Shown here: positions 19,792 through 29,807 of the stretch, piece by piece
How the letters are laid out: every line of letters begins with the position of its first letter
Position numbering within the stretch: position 1 is the stretch's first letter
Made by a program: the position numbers and the translations under genes
Source: Ilumatobacteraceae bacterium
Lineage (GTDB): Bacteria; Actinomycetota; Acidimicrobiia; Acidimicrobiales; Ilumatobacteraceae
Length of the DNA stretch: 64,000 bases
Direction: 5' to 3'
NCBI GenBank assembly: GCA_039921745.1
Contig: JBDSBE010000082.1
Coordinates: forward strand, 42,418-106,417
Notes under the pieces: model-generated
Seen by the model: the letters and a program-made list of their open reading frames with translations, nothing else
Database searches by the model: none
What the model was told of the DNA's origin: nothing

Positions 19792-21182
19792 ACGACAACC
19801 ACGTACCGGATCCGGCCGCGCTCGACGAACTGCTGCGTGCGTTCGCGGTGGATCCTCCTGAATCGACCGATCGATCGGACGCCCGCCGGCACGAACCGGA
19901 CCCGAGGCCGCCCCCGAACCCTGACGAGCCAGTTGACGAGCCGGTCGATGCGCCGGTCGATGCGCCGGTCGATGACACCGACCCCGGCCTCAGGCATCCT
20001 GAGCTGACGGATGCGGAGCTGGCCCGCACGGTCGACGAGCCCGAGATCCTGATCGTCGAGCAGGACCCGTTCGACGGCGACGAGGCTCTCGCGAGCGATC
20101 CGCCGCCCACCGTGATCCGCATCGACGACTACAGCGGATCGGTCGTGATCGAATCGGAGTCGACGCCGCTGCCCGTATCGCCGCCCTCGCCTCGGGCCGA
20201 CCCACTCCTGGCCCCGGCCGACAGCGGAGGCGCCGCGCCCGCGAGCGAAGACGATGACGCCGCATCCGACGAACCGGTCGTGATCTCGATCGACGCCGAC
20301 GATCTCCCCGACCCGGTGTATGTGGAAGGGAATCTCGAACGGTCTGGCACGCGCTCGATCGTGTTCATCGAGGACGACAACACGGGTGACACAGTCGTGC
20401 CGGAGGTCGAACGCGACATCCGGCGCGGCATCGAACCACGAATGCGTGAGCGCCGCGCCGCGGTCAAGCGCGCGATCGGCCGCAAGCGCCTGCGCTGGAT
20501 CCTGGCGATCGGCACCGTGGTGGTCGTCGCCGTCGCTGCGCTCGCAGTGCTCGGGTCGAACCTGTTCGCGATCCAGGAGAGTCGCGTCACGGTCGTCGGC
20601 GCCGTGTACGCCGACCCGGCACGGGTTGCGTCGGTCGTCGACAAGCTCGTCGACACACCGGCACTCTTGGCCGATACGCAGAAGGCCGAAGCCGAGCTCG
20701 AGGCGATCCCGTGGGTCGAGAGCGCTCGGGTCCGGGTCGACTTCCCGCACGCAGCGACGATCGAGATCCGTGAGCGCGCGGCGATGACGACCTACCAGGG
20801 CCTCGACGGGAGGTATCGGGTGCTGGATCGCAACGGCCGGGTACTCGACGTGCTGGATGGCTATCCGTTCGCGTATGTGCTCCTCAGCGGGCCAGACCCG
20901 GTCGACCTGGAACCGGGCCAGTTCGCGCCGCAGGGATACGTGGCCGCTTCCGAACTCGCGAAGACGCTGACCGGCTCCGTGCGCGGCCAAGTCGAGTACG
21001 TCGACGTGACCGCCGACGGTTCGAGTCTCAACCTCTACCTCACGGACGGGACGATCGTGCGGTTCGGTGCCGCCCGCGACCTGCTGCGCAAGCTCGTCCG
21101 GCTCGAGACGGTGCTCACCGCTGATGCCGAACGTGCACCCGGGGTGATCGACGTGTCCACGAGCGAGGTCACCACCCCGTGA
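19788..21182 (+). CDS. ftsQ: FtsQ/DivIB with long acidic N-terminal extension
   Basis: TM followed by POTRA (IPWVESARVRVDFPHAATIEIRER); directly upstream of ftsZ. Confidence 0.8.
   Translation: MNDNHVPDPAALDELLRAFAVDPPESTDRSDARRHEPDPRPPPNPDEPVDEPVDAPVDAPVDDTDPGLRHPELTDAELARTVDEPEILIVEQDPFDGDEALASDPPPTVIRIDDYSGSVVIESESTPLPVSPPSPRADPLLAPADSGGAAPASEDDDAASDEPVVISIDADDLPDPVYVEGNLERSGTRSIVFIEDDNTGDTVVPEVERDIRRGIEPRMRERRAAVKRAIGRKRLRWILAIGTVVVVAVAALAVLGSNLFAIQESRVTVVGAVYADPARVASVVDKLVDTPALLADTQKAEAELEAIPWVESARVRVDFPHAATIEIRERAAMTTYQGLDGRYRVLDRNGRVLDVLDGYPFAYVLLSGPDPVDLEPGQFAPQGYVAASELAKTLTGSVRGQVEYVDVTADGSSLNLYLTDGTIVRFGAARDLLRKLVRLETVLTADAERAPGVIDVSTSEVTTP
19923..19973 (+). repeat. 12-bp tandem repeat (DEPV/DAPV x4) in ftsQ
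   Basis: gacgagccagtt gacgagccggtc gatgcgccggtc gatgcgccggtc. Confidence 0.8.
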
Positions 21183-21367
21183 CCCTCACCGGCGGGCGTG
21201 GACGCAACCGCAGTCGTCGGGTCCGACCACTGATGGGCTAGCATCATCGCAGCTGTGGGCACCCACGTGCCAGGATGACGCGTTGAGACGTCGATCGCAG
21301 ACTGCAGAACCATGACTCCAACCATCCGAACCACTTTGCCCCTTCCCCTTCGACGGAGGTTTTCCTG

Positions 21368-22459
21368 ATGCCCGGCGTGCCCACCAACTATCTGGCTGTC
21401 ATCAAGGTGGTCGGCGTCGGCGGCGGTGGCGTGAACGCCGTCAACCGGATGATCGATGCCGGGTTGAAGGGCGTCGAGTTCATCGCCGTCAACACCGACG
21501 CACAGGCGCTCCTGATGAGCGACGCTGATGTGAAGCTCGACATCGGCCGTGACCTGACGCGTGGGCTCGGTGCCGGGAGCGATCCCGAGGTCGGCCGTTC
21601 GGCCGCCGAGACGCACCACGACGAGATCGACGAGATGGTCAAGGGTGCCGACATGGTGTTCATCACCGCCGGCGAGGGCGGCGGCACCGGGACCGGCGCG
21701 GCACCGGTGATCGCGGAGATCGCCCGCAACGCCGGAGCGCTCACCATCGGTGTCGTGACCCGCCCGTTCGGGTTCGAGGGGCGACGGCGCGCCGTGCAGG
21801 CCGACAATGGTGTCCAGCGATTGAAGGACAAGGTCGACACGCTGATCGTCATCCCGAACGATCGGCTGCTGTCGGTCGCGAATGACAAGACGAGCGTGCT
21901 CAATGCGTTCAAGATGGCCGACGAGGTCCTGTTGCAGGGCGTGTCGGGCATCACCAGCCTGATCACCACCCCCGGCCTCATCAACACCGACTTCGCCGAC
22001 GTCAAGATGGTGCTCTCCAACGCGGGTTCGGCGCTGATGGGTATCGGTCAGGCGAGCGGCGACGAGCGTGCCGTGTCAGCTGCCAAGCAGGCGATCTCGA
22101 GCCCGCTGCTCGAATCGGCGATCGACGGCGCGCGTGGCGTACTCCTCAACATCACGGGGCCGTCGAGCATGGGCCTGTTCGAGATGAATGCTGCCGCCGA
22201 GATCATCCACGCCGTTGCGCACCAGGACGCCAACATCATCTTCGGAACGGTCGTCGATGACGAGATGGGCGACGAGGTGAAGGTGACCGTGATCGCCGCC
22301 GGGTTCGATCGACTCGACGGCCCTGGGGCGAGCAGCGGCCTGAGCCTCGGCAATGGTGGTGGCTCGACCCGGATCACCGAGCTGTTCGCCGAACCCGAAG
22401 AACCCGAGACGATCGACGATGACGACGACGACTTCGACGTCCCATCGTTCCTCAAGTAA
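21368..22459 (+). CDS. ftsZ: Cell division GTPase FtsZ
   Basis: [24 protein letters not shown]-terminal DFDVPSFLK. Confidence 0.99.
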   Translation: MPGVPTNYLAVIKVVGVGGGGVNAVNRMIDAGLKGVEFIAVNTDAQALLMSDADVKLDIGRDLTRGLGAGSDPEVGRSAAETHHDEIDEMVKGADMVFITAGEGGGTGTGAAPVIAEIARNAGALTIGVVTRPFGFEGRRRAVQADNGVQRLKDKVDTLIVIPNDRLLSVANDKTSVLNAFKMADEVLLQGVSGITSLITTPGLINTDFADVKMVLSNAGSALMGIGQASGDERAVSAAKQAISSPLLESAIDGARGVLLNITGPSSMGLFEMNAAAEIIHAVAHQDANIIFGTVVDDEMGDEVKVTVIAAGFDRLDGPGASSGLSLGNGGGSTRITELFAEPEEPETIDDDDDDFDVPSFLK

Positions 22460-22481
22460 CACCGCGAGCCGCCACCACGGC

Positions 22482-23132
22482 GTGGCGATCCGGTGCTCGA
22501 CACGCCGCGACGGTGACTTCCACCCGACGAAGGTCCCCCGTGACGAGCTCACGGTCAGACGTCGAACGCTCGTCGATCTGCCCTGGACCATGCTCGATCA
22601 ACGCCATGGCACCGACGTGGTCCGGGTCACCGAGGGTGGATCGGGCGACGGCGAAAGGGGCGACATCGCGATCACGGACATCGACGACGCGGTGCTCGGG
22701 TGCTGGGTCGGTGACTGTGCCGCGATCGTCCTGATCGGGGCCGCTCGCGAGTTCGCGATCGTGCACGCCGGATGGCGCGGTCTCGCCAGCGGGGTGATCG
22801 ATCATGCAGTCGCAGCCTTCGACGAGCCGATCATCGATGCGGTGCTCGGGCCGGTGATCGGCGTGTGCTGCTACGAGTTCGGGCTCGGAGACCTGGTCGA
22901 CGTCGCAGCAGGCGTCGGCGCCGAGCCAGCGAGCATCACCGGCGTGACGCAGACCGGCTCGATGGGGCTCGACATGACGGCCGCCGTGGATGCCGCGTGT
23001 CGCCGACACGGGTTCGCAGTGAGCACCATCGCAGGGTGCACCGGGTGCGGCGACGACACGTTCTCGTACCGTGTGCGTGGTGACACCCGTCGCCATGTGG
23101 TCGCAGCCTGGCGGCCGGGGTCGACGTCGTGA
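22482..23132 (+). CDS. pgeF: PgeF/YfiH-like polyphenol oxidase/nucleoside phosphorylase family
   Basis: QRHG, VGDCAAI, VHAGWRG, CCYEFG, FSYR; conserved position after ftsZ. Start uncertain. Confidence 0.8.
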   Translation: MAIRCSTRRDGDFHPTKVPRDELTVRRRTLVDLPWTMLDQRHGTDVVRVTEGGSGDGERGDIAITDIDDAVLGCWVGDCAAIVLIGAAREFAIVHAGWRGLASGVIDHAVAAFDEPIIDAVLGPVIGVCCYEFGLGDLVDVAAGVGAEPASITGVTQTGSMGLDMTAAVDAACRRHGFAVSTIAGCTGCGDDTFSYRVRGDTRRHVVAAWRPGSTS

Positions 23133-23821
23133 TCGACCCGGTCATGGCGGCGGCCAACCTCGCAGGCGTTCGGTCGCTCATCGAGGCGGCCGGCGGCGAC
23201 GACCACGTCGAGGTCCTGGCTGTCACCAAGGGCTTCGGTGCCGAGATCGTCGACGTGGCAGTCGCGATCGGTTGCCGATCGATCGGTGAGAACTATGCCC
23301 AGGAGGTCGTGGCCAAACGGGGTGCGATCGAGGCCCACACTGCGATCGAGGTCTCCTTCATCGGCCAGCTGCAGTCGAACAAGATCCGCCAGTTGGCGGG
23401 GATCGTCTCGGTCTGGGCAAGCGTCGATCGAGCCAAACTCGTCCGTGAGATCGCCCGTCGTGACCCCGGTGCGCGGATCATGCTCCAGGTCGACACCGCC
23501 TCGGTCTCGGGGGTCGCCGAACCCGGCAAGGGTGGCTGCCCGATCGCGGACCTGGACGACCTCGTTGCGATCGTGCACGACGCCGGACTCGACCTGCGAG
23601 GCCTGATGACCGTGGGGCCGACGACCGGCGGGCCCGAGTCGGCTCGGCCGGGGTTCGAGGCGGTCCGGGCAGCCGTTGACCGCTACGGCCTCGCCGTGTG
23701 TTCGATGGGGATGACCAACGACCTCGACGTCGCGGTTCGATGCGGCTCCACCCAAGTCCGGATCGGTACTGCGCTCTTCGGTTCTCGGCCTGTCCCTCTT
23801 GGGCGTGAGCAGGAGCGATAG
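23129..23821 (+). CDS. yggS: PLP homeostasis protein YggS
   Basis: LAVTKGF, GENYAQE, FIGQLQSNK, SMGMTND, VRIGTALFG. Confidence 0.95.
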   Translation: MIDPVMAAANLAGVRSLIEAAGGDDHVEVLAVTKGFGAEIVDVAVAIGCRSIGENYAQEVVAKRGAIEAHTAIEVSFIGQLQSNKIRQLAGIVSVWASVDRAKLVREIARRDPGARIMLQVDTASVSGVAEPGKGGCPIADLDDLVAIVHDAGLDLRGLMTVGPTTGGPESARPGFEAVRAAVDRYGLAVCSMGMTNDLDVAVRCGSTQVRIGTALFGSRPVPLGREQER

Positions 23822-23846
23822 GCTCCGCGGCGAGGAGGAAGTCGGC

Positions 23847-24404
23847 ATGTCTTTCTGGAACCGAACGATGGATTACTTGGGACTCGGTCCCGACGACGCC
23901 TACGACGACTATGACGTCGAGGAGGAGCACGAGCCTGCCCCGCGTGCGCGGCGCCAACAGGAGCCCGAGCCGCGCGGTCAGCGCGGTCGCGACGAGACCG
24001 GCGGCGACGGCGTCATCAGGACGCTGCCGAGCCGCCCGACGTTCCCGTCCCGGGACTTCGACCCGTCCCAGGCTCGTCGGAACGTCGATCGTGACGAATC
24101 CGGTGTGCAGCCCCGACCGCAGCGACCATCGGCGGTCCGGGCCGGCAACGGGAACCCCGAGCCGTCGACCGTGAAGCCACGCCGTTTCGACCAGGCGCAG
24201 GAAGTGGCGGACAAGTTCAAAGAGGGCAATCCGGTGATCATGAATCTCGAAGGTTCCGATCGAGAGGTCGCGCGCCGGTTGATCGACTTCGCGAGTGGGT
24301 TGTGTTACGGCCTCGACGGCTCGATGGAGAAGGTCGCGAACGGCGTCTACCTGCTCAAGCCGATCGCCGGGCGTGGCGGCCGCTACGACGAGTACGACGA
24401 CTGA
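23847..24404 (+). CDS. sepF: Cell division protein SepF
   Basis: PVIMNL, RRLIDFASGLCYGLDGSMEKV; GAGGAGG RBS. Confidence 0.93.
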   Translation: MSFWNRTMDYLGLGPDDAYDDYDVEEEHEPAPRARRQQEPEPRGQRGRDETGGDGVIRTLPSRPTFPSRDFDPSQARRNVDRDESGVQPRPQRPSAVRAGNGNPEPSTVKPRRFDQAQEVADKFKEGNPVIMNLEGSDREVARRLIDFASGLCYGLDGSMEKVANGVYLLKPIAGRGGRYDEYDD

Positions 24405-24411
24405 TCCACCG

Positions 24412-25386
24412 ATGGAACTGTCTCCCGCCCAGATCTCAGGCGCCTCGTTCCGGACCACCCGCAAGGGGTACGACCCCGACGAAGTCGACGCATTCCTCGT
24501 TGCTGCCGCCAAGGCACTCGAGGATGCCCGTCAGCAGGCCACTGCGATGGAGGCCCGCGCCCGGGCGGCGGTCGCCCGGCTGCAGGAGGTCACGGCGGCA
24601 GCCGAATCGGCTCCTCCGGTCGACACGTCGCCGCCCGAACCGACCCCATCGGTCCAGATCCCCGCGGCAGAGGCCGAGACCATTTCGCGCACGCTCGTCC
24701 TCGCGCAGCGCACGGCCGACACGACCGTCGCCGAGGCGCGCCAGGAGGCAGACCGGATCGTGCACCAGGCCACCGTGGAGGGCGAGACCACGATCGACTC
24801 CACCCGTGAGATGTCGGCGCAGATCCTCGAAGATGCCCGTGCCGAGGCACGCCGTGCGTCCGAGACCGAGCGTCAGACCGCGGAGAACGAGGTGCAAGCG
24901 CTCGTTGCCCGGCGTGAGTTCCTGATTGGTGACGTGGATCAACTCGAACGGTTCCTGATCGACCAGCGTGATCGCCTGCGCGGGGCTGCTCGTCAGATCG
25001 AGGCACTCTGCGAGCGGGTGCCTGCGGGGCTCGGGTCGCTGCGACCGCCCGTGCTGTCGGCGTCCGACGACGACCAGCCGGGCGACCCGACCCAGGAGAT
25101 CTCGCGCCCGACCCATCAGCGCTCGCACGACGCATCGGACGATGACCACGACGATGACGACAACCACGATGACCACGACCACGATGACCACGACCACGAT
25201 GACCACGACGTTGACCACCACAACGATGACCACCACGACGGTGCCGACCACGACGACGACGACCACGACGGTGCCGATCGGTCGGCCGAGTCCGACGGAA
25301 CGGGCGAGGTCGCCGAGTCGAACCAAGCCGAGCCCGATGCGCTGCCGATCCGGCCGGCGACGGCACCGAACCCGTTCGACGCCTGA
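24412..25386 (+). CDS. divIVA: DivIVA domain protein with His/Asp-rich C-terminal tract
   Basis: MELSPAQISGASFRTTRKGYDPDEVDAFL N-terminus; coiled coil with RTLVLAQRTAD. Confidence 0.9.
   Translation: MELSPAQISGASFRTTRKGYDPDEVDAFLVAAAKALEDARQQATAMEARARAAVARLQEVTAAAESAPPVDTSPPEPTPSVQIPAAEAETISRTLVLAQRTADTTVAEARQEADRIVHQATVEGETTIDSTREMSAQILEDARAEARRASETERQTAENEVQALVARREFLIGDVDQLERFLIDQRDRLRGAARQIEALCERVPAGLGSLRPPVLSASDDDQPGDPTQEISRPTHQRSHDASDDDHDDDDNHDDHDHDDHDHDDHDVDHHNDDHHDGADHDDDDHDGADRSAESDGTGEVAESNQAEPDALPIRPATAPNPFDA
25126..25278 (+). repeat. Low-complexity GAC/CAC/GAT repeat encoding a His-Asp tract
   Basis: HDASDDDHDDDDNHDDHDHDDHDHDDHDVDHHNDDHHDGADHDDDDHDGAD. Confidence 0.9.
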
Positions 25387-25411
25387 GCCGTTCGATCGGT
25401 AACCTGGTCGG

Positions 25412-25637
25412 CCACGGCATCGACGAGGCAATCACCTCCGAGCTCCCGGAAGAACGGCCACCGAGTTGTCACGGTCCTACGGGCCATGGCAGCCCGATCG
25501 CTCAGTAGACCCGGGCGGGTCCAGCCCGACACCGCTGGCGAATGTGAGCGGTCGAGCCCTGCGGGGCCCGACAAGCAGGGTGGCACCGCGGGTTTCGACT
25601 CGTCCCTGGCAGACCAACCGATCGCCAGGAGCCGCAC
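25412..25637 (+). ncRNA. Translational T-box riboswitch (Ile) in the ileS leader
   Basis: Short stem I GAGG-CAATCA-CCTC with AUC specifier at 25431-25433. T-box AGGG-TGGCACC-GCG...CGT-CCCT at 25577-25607. Sequestrator CCTGGC pairs with GCCAGG over the SD (AGGAG 25627-25631). TAACCT -10 at 25400. Confidence 0.92.
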
Positions 25638-28600
25638 GTGCACAACGACCACTATCCGACCGTCTCGTCACAGCCGAATCTGCCCGAGATCGAGCGCTCC
25701 GTCCTCGACCGGTGGGATCGCGAGGACACGTTCCGCGCGTCCGTCGAACAGCGTGACGCCGGCGAGCACGGCGCCAACGAGTTCGTCTTCTACGACGGGC
25801 CGCCGTTCGCCAACGGGCTGCCGCACTACGGCCACCTGCTGACGGGGTTCGTCAAGGACGCGGTGCCCCGCTACCAGACGATGCGCGGCAAGCGCGTCGA
25901 GCGTCGATTCGGCTGGGACTGTCACGGCCTGCCGGCGGAGGTGCAGACCGAGAAGGAACTCGGCATCTCGGGTCATCCCGAGATCACGGAGTTCGGCATC
26001 GGCACGTTCAACGACGCCTGTCGCGCGAGTGTGCTGCGGTACACGGGGGAGTGGGAGGACTACGTGACCCGCCAGGCGCGGTGGGTCGACTTCGACAACG
26101 ACTACAAGACCCTCGACCGCGACTACATGGAGAGCGTCATGTGGGCGTTCAAGTCGCTGTGGGACAAGGACCTCATCACCGAGGGTTTCCGGGTGCTGTG
26201 GTACTGCTGGCGATGCGAGACGCCGCTGTCGAACACCGAGACGAAGATGGACGACACCTACCGTCAACGTCAGGATCCGGCGGTCACGGTCAGCCTGCGC
26301 CTCACGGCCCCAGGGTCCGACCTGGACGGTGTCGAAGCCCTCGTGTGGACCACGACGCCCTGGACGCTGCCGTCGAACCTGGCCGCAGCCGTCCATCCTG
26401 ATGTCGACTACGTCGTCGTCGAGTCGGCCGAGTATCCGGGCCGTCGGTTCATGCTGGCCGAGGCGTGCGTCGCCACGTACGCGCGCGAGCTGGGGGACGA
26501 TCCGGCCGTGGTCGGCCGCTACGTCGGGGCCGATCTGATCGGGACGACCTACGCCCCTCCGTTCGACTTCTTCGTCGGCCGTGAGCACGCCCACCAGATC
26601 CTGTCGGCCGACTACGTCACGACCGAGGACGGCACGGGGATGGTGCACATCGCGCCGGCGTTCGGTGAGGAGGACAAGCTCGTCACCGACGCAGCGGGGA
26701 TCGAGGTCGTCAACCCGGTCGACGAGGGCGGACGTTTCACGGCCGATGTGCCGACGTACGACGGCCAGCACGTGTTCGAGGCCAACAAGGCGATCATCGC
26801 CGACCTCAAGGACGGTGGACTGCTGCTCCGCCACGAGACCTACGATCATCCGTATCCGCACTGCTGGCGGTGCCAGAACCCGCTCATCCAGCGGGCCGTC
26901 TCCTCGTGGTTCGTGAGCGTGTCGCGGTTCGTCGATCGGATGGTCGAACTCAACCAGCAGATCACCTGGGTGCCCGCCCACATCAAGGACGGCCAGTTCG
27001 GCAAATGGCTCGAGAACGCCCGCGACTGGAACATCTCGCGCAATCGGTTCTGGGGTTCGCCGATCCCGGTCTGGAAGAGCGACGACCCCGCCTACCCGCG
27101 CGTGGACGTGTACGGATCAATCGCAGATCTCGAAGCGGATTTCGGTGTCGAGGTCACCGATCTGCACCGTCCGATGGTCGACGACCTGGTGCGCCCGAAC
27201 CCGGACGACCCGACCGGCGCGTCGATGATGCGGCGTGTCCCCGAGGTGCTCGACTGCTGGTTCGAGTCGGGCTCGATGCCGTTCGCCCAGGTGCACTACC
27301 CGTTCGAGAATGCGGAATGGTTCGAGCATCACTACCCCGGTGACTTCATCGTCGAGTACATCGCTCAGACACGCGGCTGGTTCTACACGATGCACGTCCT
27401 CGCGACGGCGCTGTTCGACCGGCCGGCGTTCTCGACGTGTCTCAGTCACGGCGTCGTACTGGGCGACGACGGATTGAAGATGTCGAAGTCGTTGAGCAAT
27501 TACCCGGACCCGAACGAGATGCTCAACCTCCACGGTGCCGACGCGATGCGCTGGTATCTCCTGTCTTCGCCCATCCTGCGAGGTGCCGACTTCTCGGTCA
27601 CCGAGGCCGGCCTGCGCGACACCGTCCGCCACGTGATCCTCCCGTACTGGAACGCGTACTACTTCCTCACGCTCTACGCGAACGCAGCCGGTACGACCGG
27701 CACCGTACGGACCGATCAGACCGATGTGCTCGACCGGTACGTCCTGGGTGAGGTCCGTGACCTCGTCGCAGGCGTCACCGAACGGCTCGACGTCTACGAC
27801 GTGTTCGGCGCCTGTGAGCACGTTGCGTCGTTCTTGGACACATTGACGAACTGGTACATCCGCCGGAGCCGCGACCGGTTCTGGAACGGCGACCAGGATG
27901 CGATCGACACCCTGCACACCGCGCTGGTGACCCTCTGTCAGGTCGCCGCGCCGCTGCTGCCCCTCGTCGCCGAACACGTGCACGACGGGCTGACCGGCCC
28001 CGACCGGAGCGTCCATCTCACCGACTGGCCGTCGGCCGACCGCTTCCCGCACGACGACGAGCTGCACACCGGGATGGACCGCGTGCGGGATGTGTGCTCG
28101 ACCCTGCTGTCGCTCCGCAAGGCCGAAGGACTCCGGGTTCGGTTGCCGCTCGCCCGCGCCGTCGTCGCGACGCCCGACGTGTCACTCGTCGAGCCGCACC
28201 TCGACATCCTGCGCGACGAGTTGAACGTCAAGCACGTCGAACTCACCACCGACGTCGGCCGGTACGGCCGTCGGGAATTGGTGCTCAACCCGAAGGCACT
28301 CGGCCCGCGCCTCGGCCGCTCCATGCAGGACGTGATTCGGGCGCACAAGTCGGGCGACTGGACGGTCGACGGTGAGCGTGCGACGGTCGGCGGGGTCCAG
28401 CTGGAGCCGGGCGAGTTCGATTTCCGGGTCGTTACGGGTGACGACGGTGGCGCAGTCGCCGAACTCAAGCGTTCCGACGGCCTCGTCGTGCTCGACACCG
28501 AGGTGACGCCAGAGCTCGAACGGGAAGGCACAGCGCGCGACCTGATCCGACAGATCCAGCAGGCCCGTCGGGACGCCGGTCTCCAGGTCAGCGACCGGAT

Positions 28601-28754
28601 CCGGTTGACGATCACCGCCCCCGCACCGGTCATCGCCGCGTTCGACGCGCACCGCCCGCTGGTGATGAGCGAGACGCTCGCGCTCGAAGCCGATGGACGA
28701 ACCGGCGACGGTGACGCTCAGGTCGAGGTCGTCCTCGCCGACGGCCTCAACTGA
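25638..28754 (+). CDS. ileS: Isoleucyl-tRNA synthetase (type 2-like)
   Basis: [38 protein letters not shown]. Confidence 0.98.
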   Translation: MHNDHYPTVSSQPNLPEIERSVLDRWDREDTFRASVEQRDAGEHGANEFVFYDGPPFANGLPHYGHLLTGFVKDAVPRYQTMRGKRVERRFGWDCHGLPAEVQTEKELGISGHPEITEFGIGTFNDACRASVLRYTGEWEDYVTRQARWVDFDNDYKTLDRDYMESVMWAFKSLWDKDLITEGFRVLWYCWRCETPLSNTETKMDDTYRQRQDPAVTVSLRLTAPGSDLDGVEALVWTTTPWTLPSNLAAAVHPDVDYVVVESAEYPGRRFMLAEACVATYARELGDDPAVVGRYVGADLIGTTYAPPFDFFVGREHAHQILSADYVTTEDGTGMVHIAPAFGEEDKLVTDAAGIEVVNPVDEGGRFTADVPTYDGQHVFEANKAIIADLKDGGLLLRHETYDHPYPHCWRCQNPLIQRAVSSWFVSVSRFVDRMVELNQQITWVPAHIKDGQFGKWLENARDWNISRNRFWGSPIPVWKSDDPAYPRVDVYGSIADLEADFGVEVTDLHRPMVDDLVRPNPDDPTGASMMRRVPEVLDCWFESGSMPFAQVHYPFENAEWFEHHYPGDFIVEYIAQTRGWFYTMHVLATALFDRPAFSTCLSHGVVLGDDGLKMSKSLSNYPDPNEMLNLHGADAMRWYLLSSPILRGADFSVTEAGLRDTVRHVILPYWNAYYFLTLYANAAGTTGTVRTDQTDVLDRYVLGEVRDLVAGVTERLDVYDVFGACEHVASFLDTLTNWYIRRSRDRFWNGDQDAIDTLHTALVTLCQVAAPLLPLVAEHVHDGLTGPDRSVHLTDWPSADRFPHDDELHTGMDRVRDVCSTLLSLRKAEGLRVRLPLARAVVATPDVSLVEPHLDILRDELNVKHVELTTDVGRYGRRELVLNPKALGPRLGRSMQDVIRAHKSGDWTVDGERATVGGVQLEPGEFDFRVVTGDDGGAVAELKRSDGLVVLDTEVTPELEREGTARDLIRQIQQARRDAGLQVSDRIRLTITAPAPVIAAFDAHRPLVMSETLALEADGRTGDGDAQVEVVLADGLN

Positions 28755-29520
28755 GGACGAATGGTCGGTCGGCCAGAGCGGAAATCACCGTCTCGCGCCG
28801 AGCGGTCGAGGGCCGGCGCCGATCACCCTCGCGTTCGTGGTCGTAGATCGCCTGAACGTTCGCTTCGAGTTCGTTGTCGTAGATCGACGCGCCGGTGGCG
28901 CTCGAACCATGGCGGCATTCGCGGATGGGTCCCGCACGTCGAGGGCCGTCGCCTCGCACACGGATGCCCGTGCGCGGCGTCACCTTCCATTTCCGTTCCC
29001 GCATCAGCTCCTTGATGTGCGCGGTCCGGCCGACGATGTTCTTGGCCTCCGTGTAGAACACCAGCGACGAGATCAGCATGAGCACGAACCATCGTCGGTG
29101 CTGCTTGATCGACGGATGCGCGAGTTTCCAGGCGTACCAGGTCTGCGCCGGACCGGCGCTGAACGTCAGGAGCATCGTGAACACGAAGATCGGCAGGCGG
29201 GAACGACATCGTCGGCGCGTCGGCCGAACGCCTCGATCGTGAGTTGTTTGCGGTCCGCCCGATCGAGCACGCACACGATCGGGACGTGCTCACTGTTGGG
29301 ATCGGCACGCGCCTGGTCGATGAGCGTCAGGTCATCGTCGGACGAGTCGTCGATCGCGAGGATGAACAGGTCCGGTCGCGCGTCGGCGAGGATGCGAACG
29401 GCGTCCTCGCCGGATCGGGCCGTGAGTGGCAACCAAGCGGCCACCGCCACCAACTCGACGATGCCGGCACGCTGGACCGGGTGGTTCGCTCAGATCAACA
29501 CCCTTTCTTGACGACCTGGC
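28747..29520 (-). pseudogene. Remnant: receiver domain joined out of frame to the C-terminus of a GT2 (cellulose-synthase-like) glycosyltransferase
   Basis: Frame A: RVLI*ANHPVQRAGIVELV...TARSGEDAVRILADARPDLFIL...AFGRRADDVV, with an in-frame TGA at 29490-29492. Frame B from about 29196: LPIFVFTMLL...FYTEAKNIVGRTAHIKELMRERKWKVTPR. Confidence 0.65.
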
Positions 29521-29618
29521 CGCTCCTGTCCCGGCGGTCTGGGGTCGCCAGACCGACCAGATGACCCGGCCGATGCGACGGAGTCGCGATCGAGCAGTGC
29601 AGTTGGCGGTGCTACCAC

Positions 29619-29648
29619 TTGGTGTGCATCGGATTGGTGTGCATCGGA
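29619..29648. repeat. Perfect 15-bp tandem duplication TTGGTGTGCATCGGA x2
   Basis: Direct reading, in the divergent intergenic region. Confidence 0.85.
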
Positions 29649-29807
29649 AATCCTTGTGAGGAACTTGAGCTCGATTTGACATTCTCGACAACGTTCTCAG
29701 GGTCGTGATCCTCCCGACGGATCGGGGTGATCGTGCAGGCAGACCCCCACAAATCCGAATCGAGCGGGTAGAGTCCGGCGTTCACATTCGCCGGGAGGTG
29801 TACGGAC

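Noticed and set aside
24968-25431. Poly-Thr and poly-Val ORFs over the divIVA tail
   Set aside because: Alternative-frame readings of the His/Asp repeat
29676-29681. TTGACA as the promoter of the DksA-like gene
   Set aside because: No -10 at 16-19 nt; TAGAGT at 29769 is a better -10 candidate
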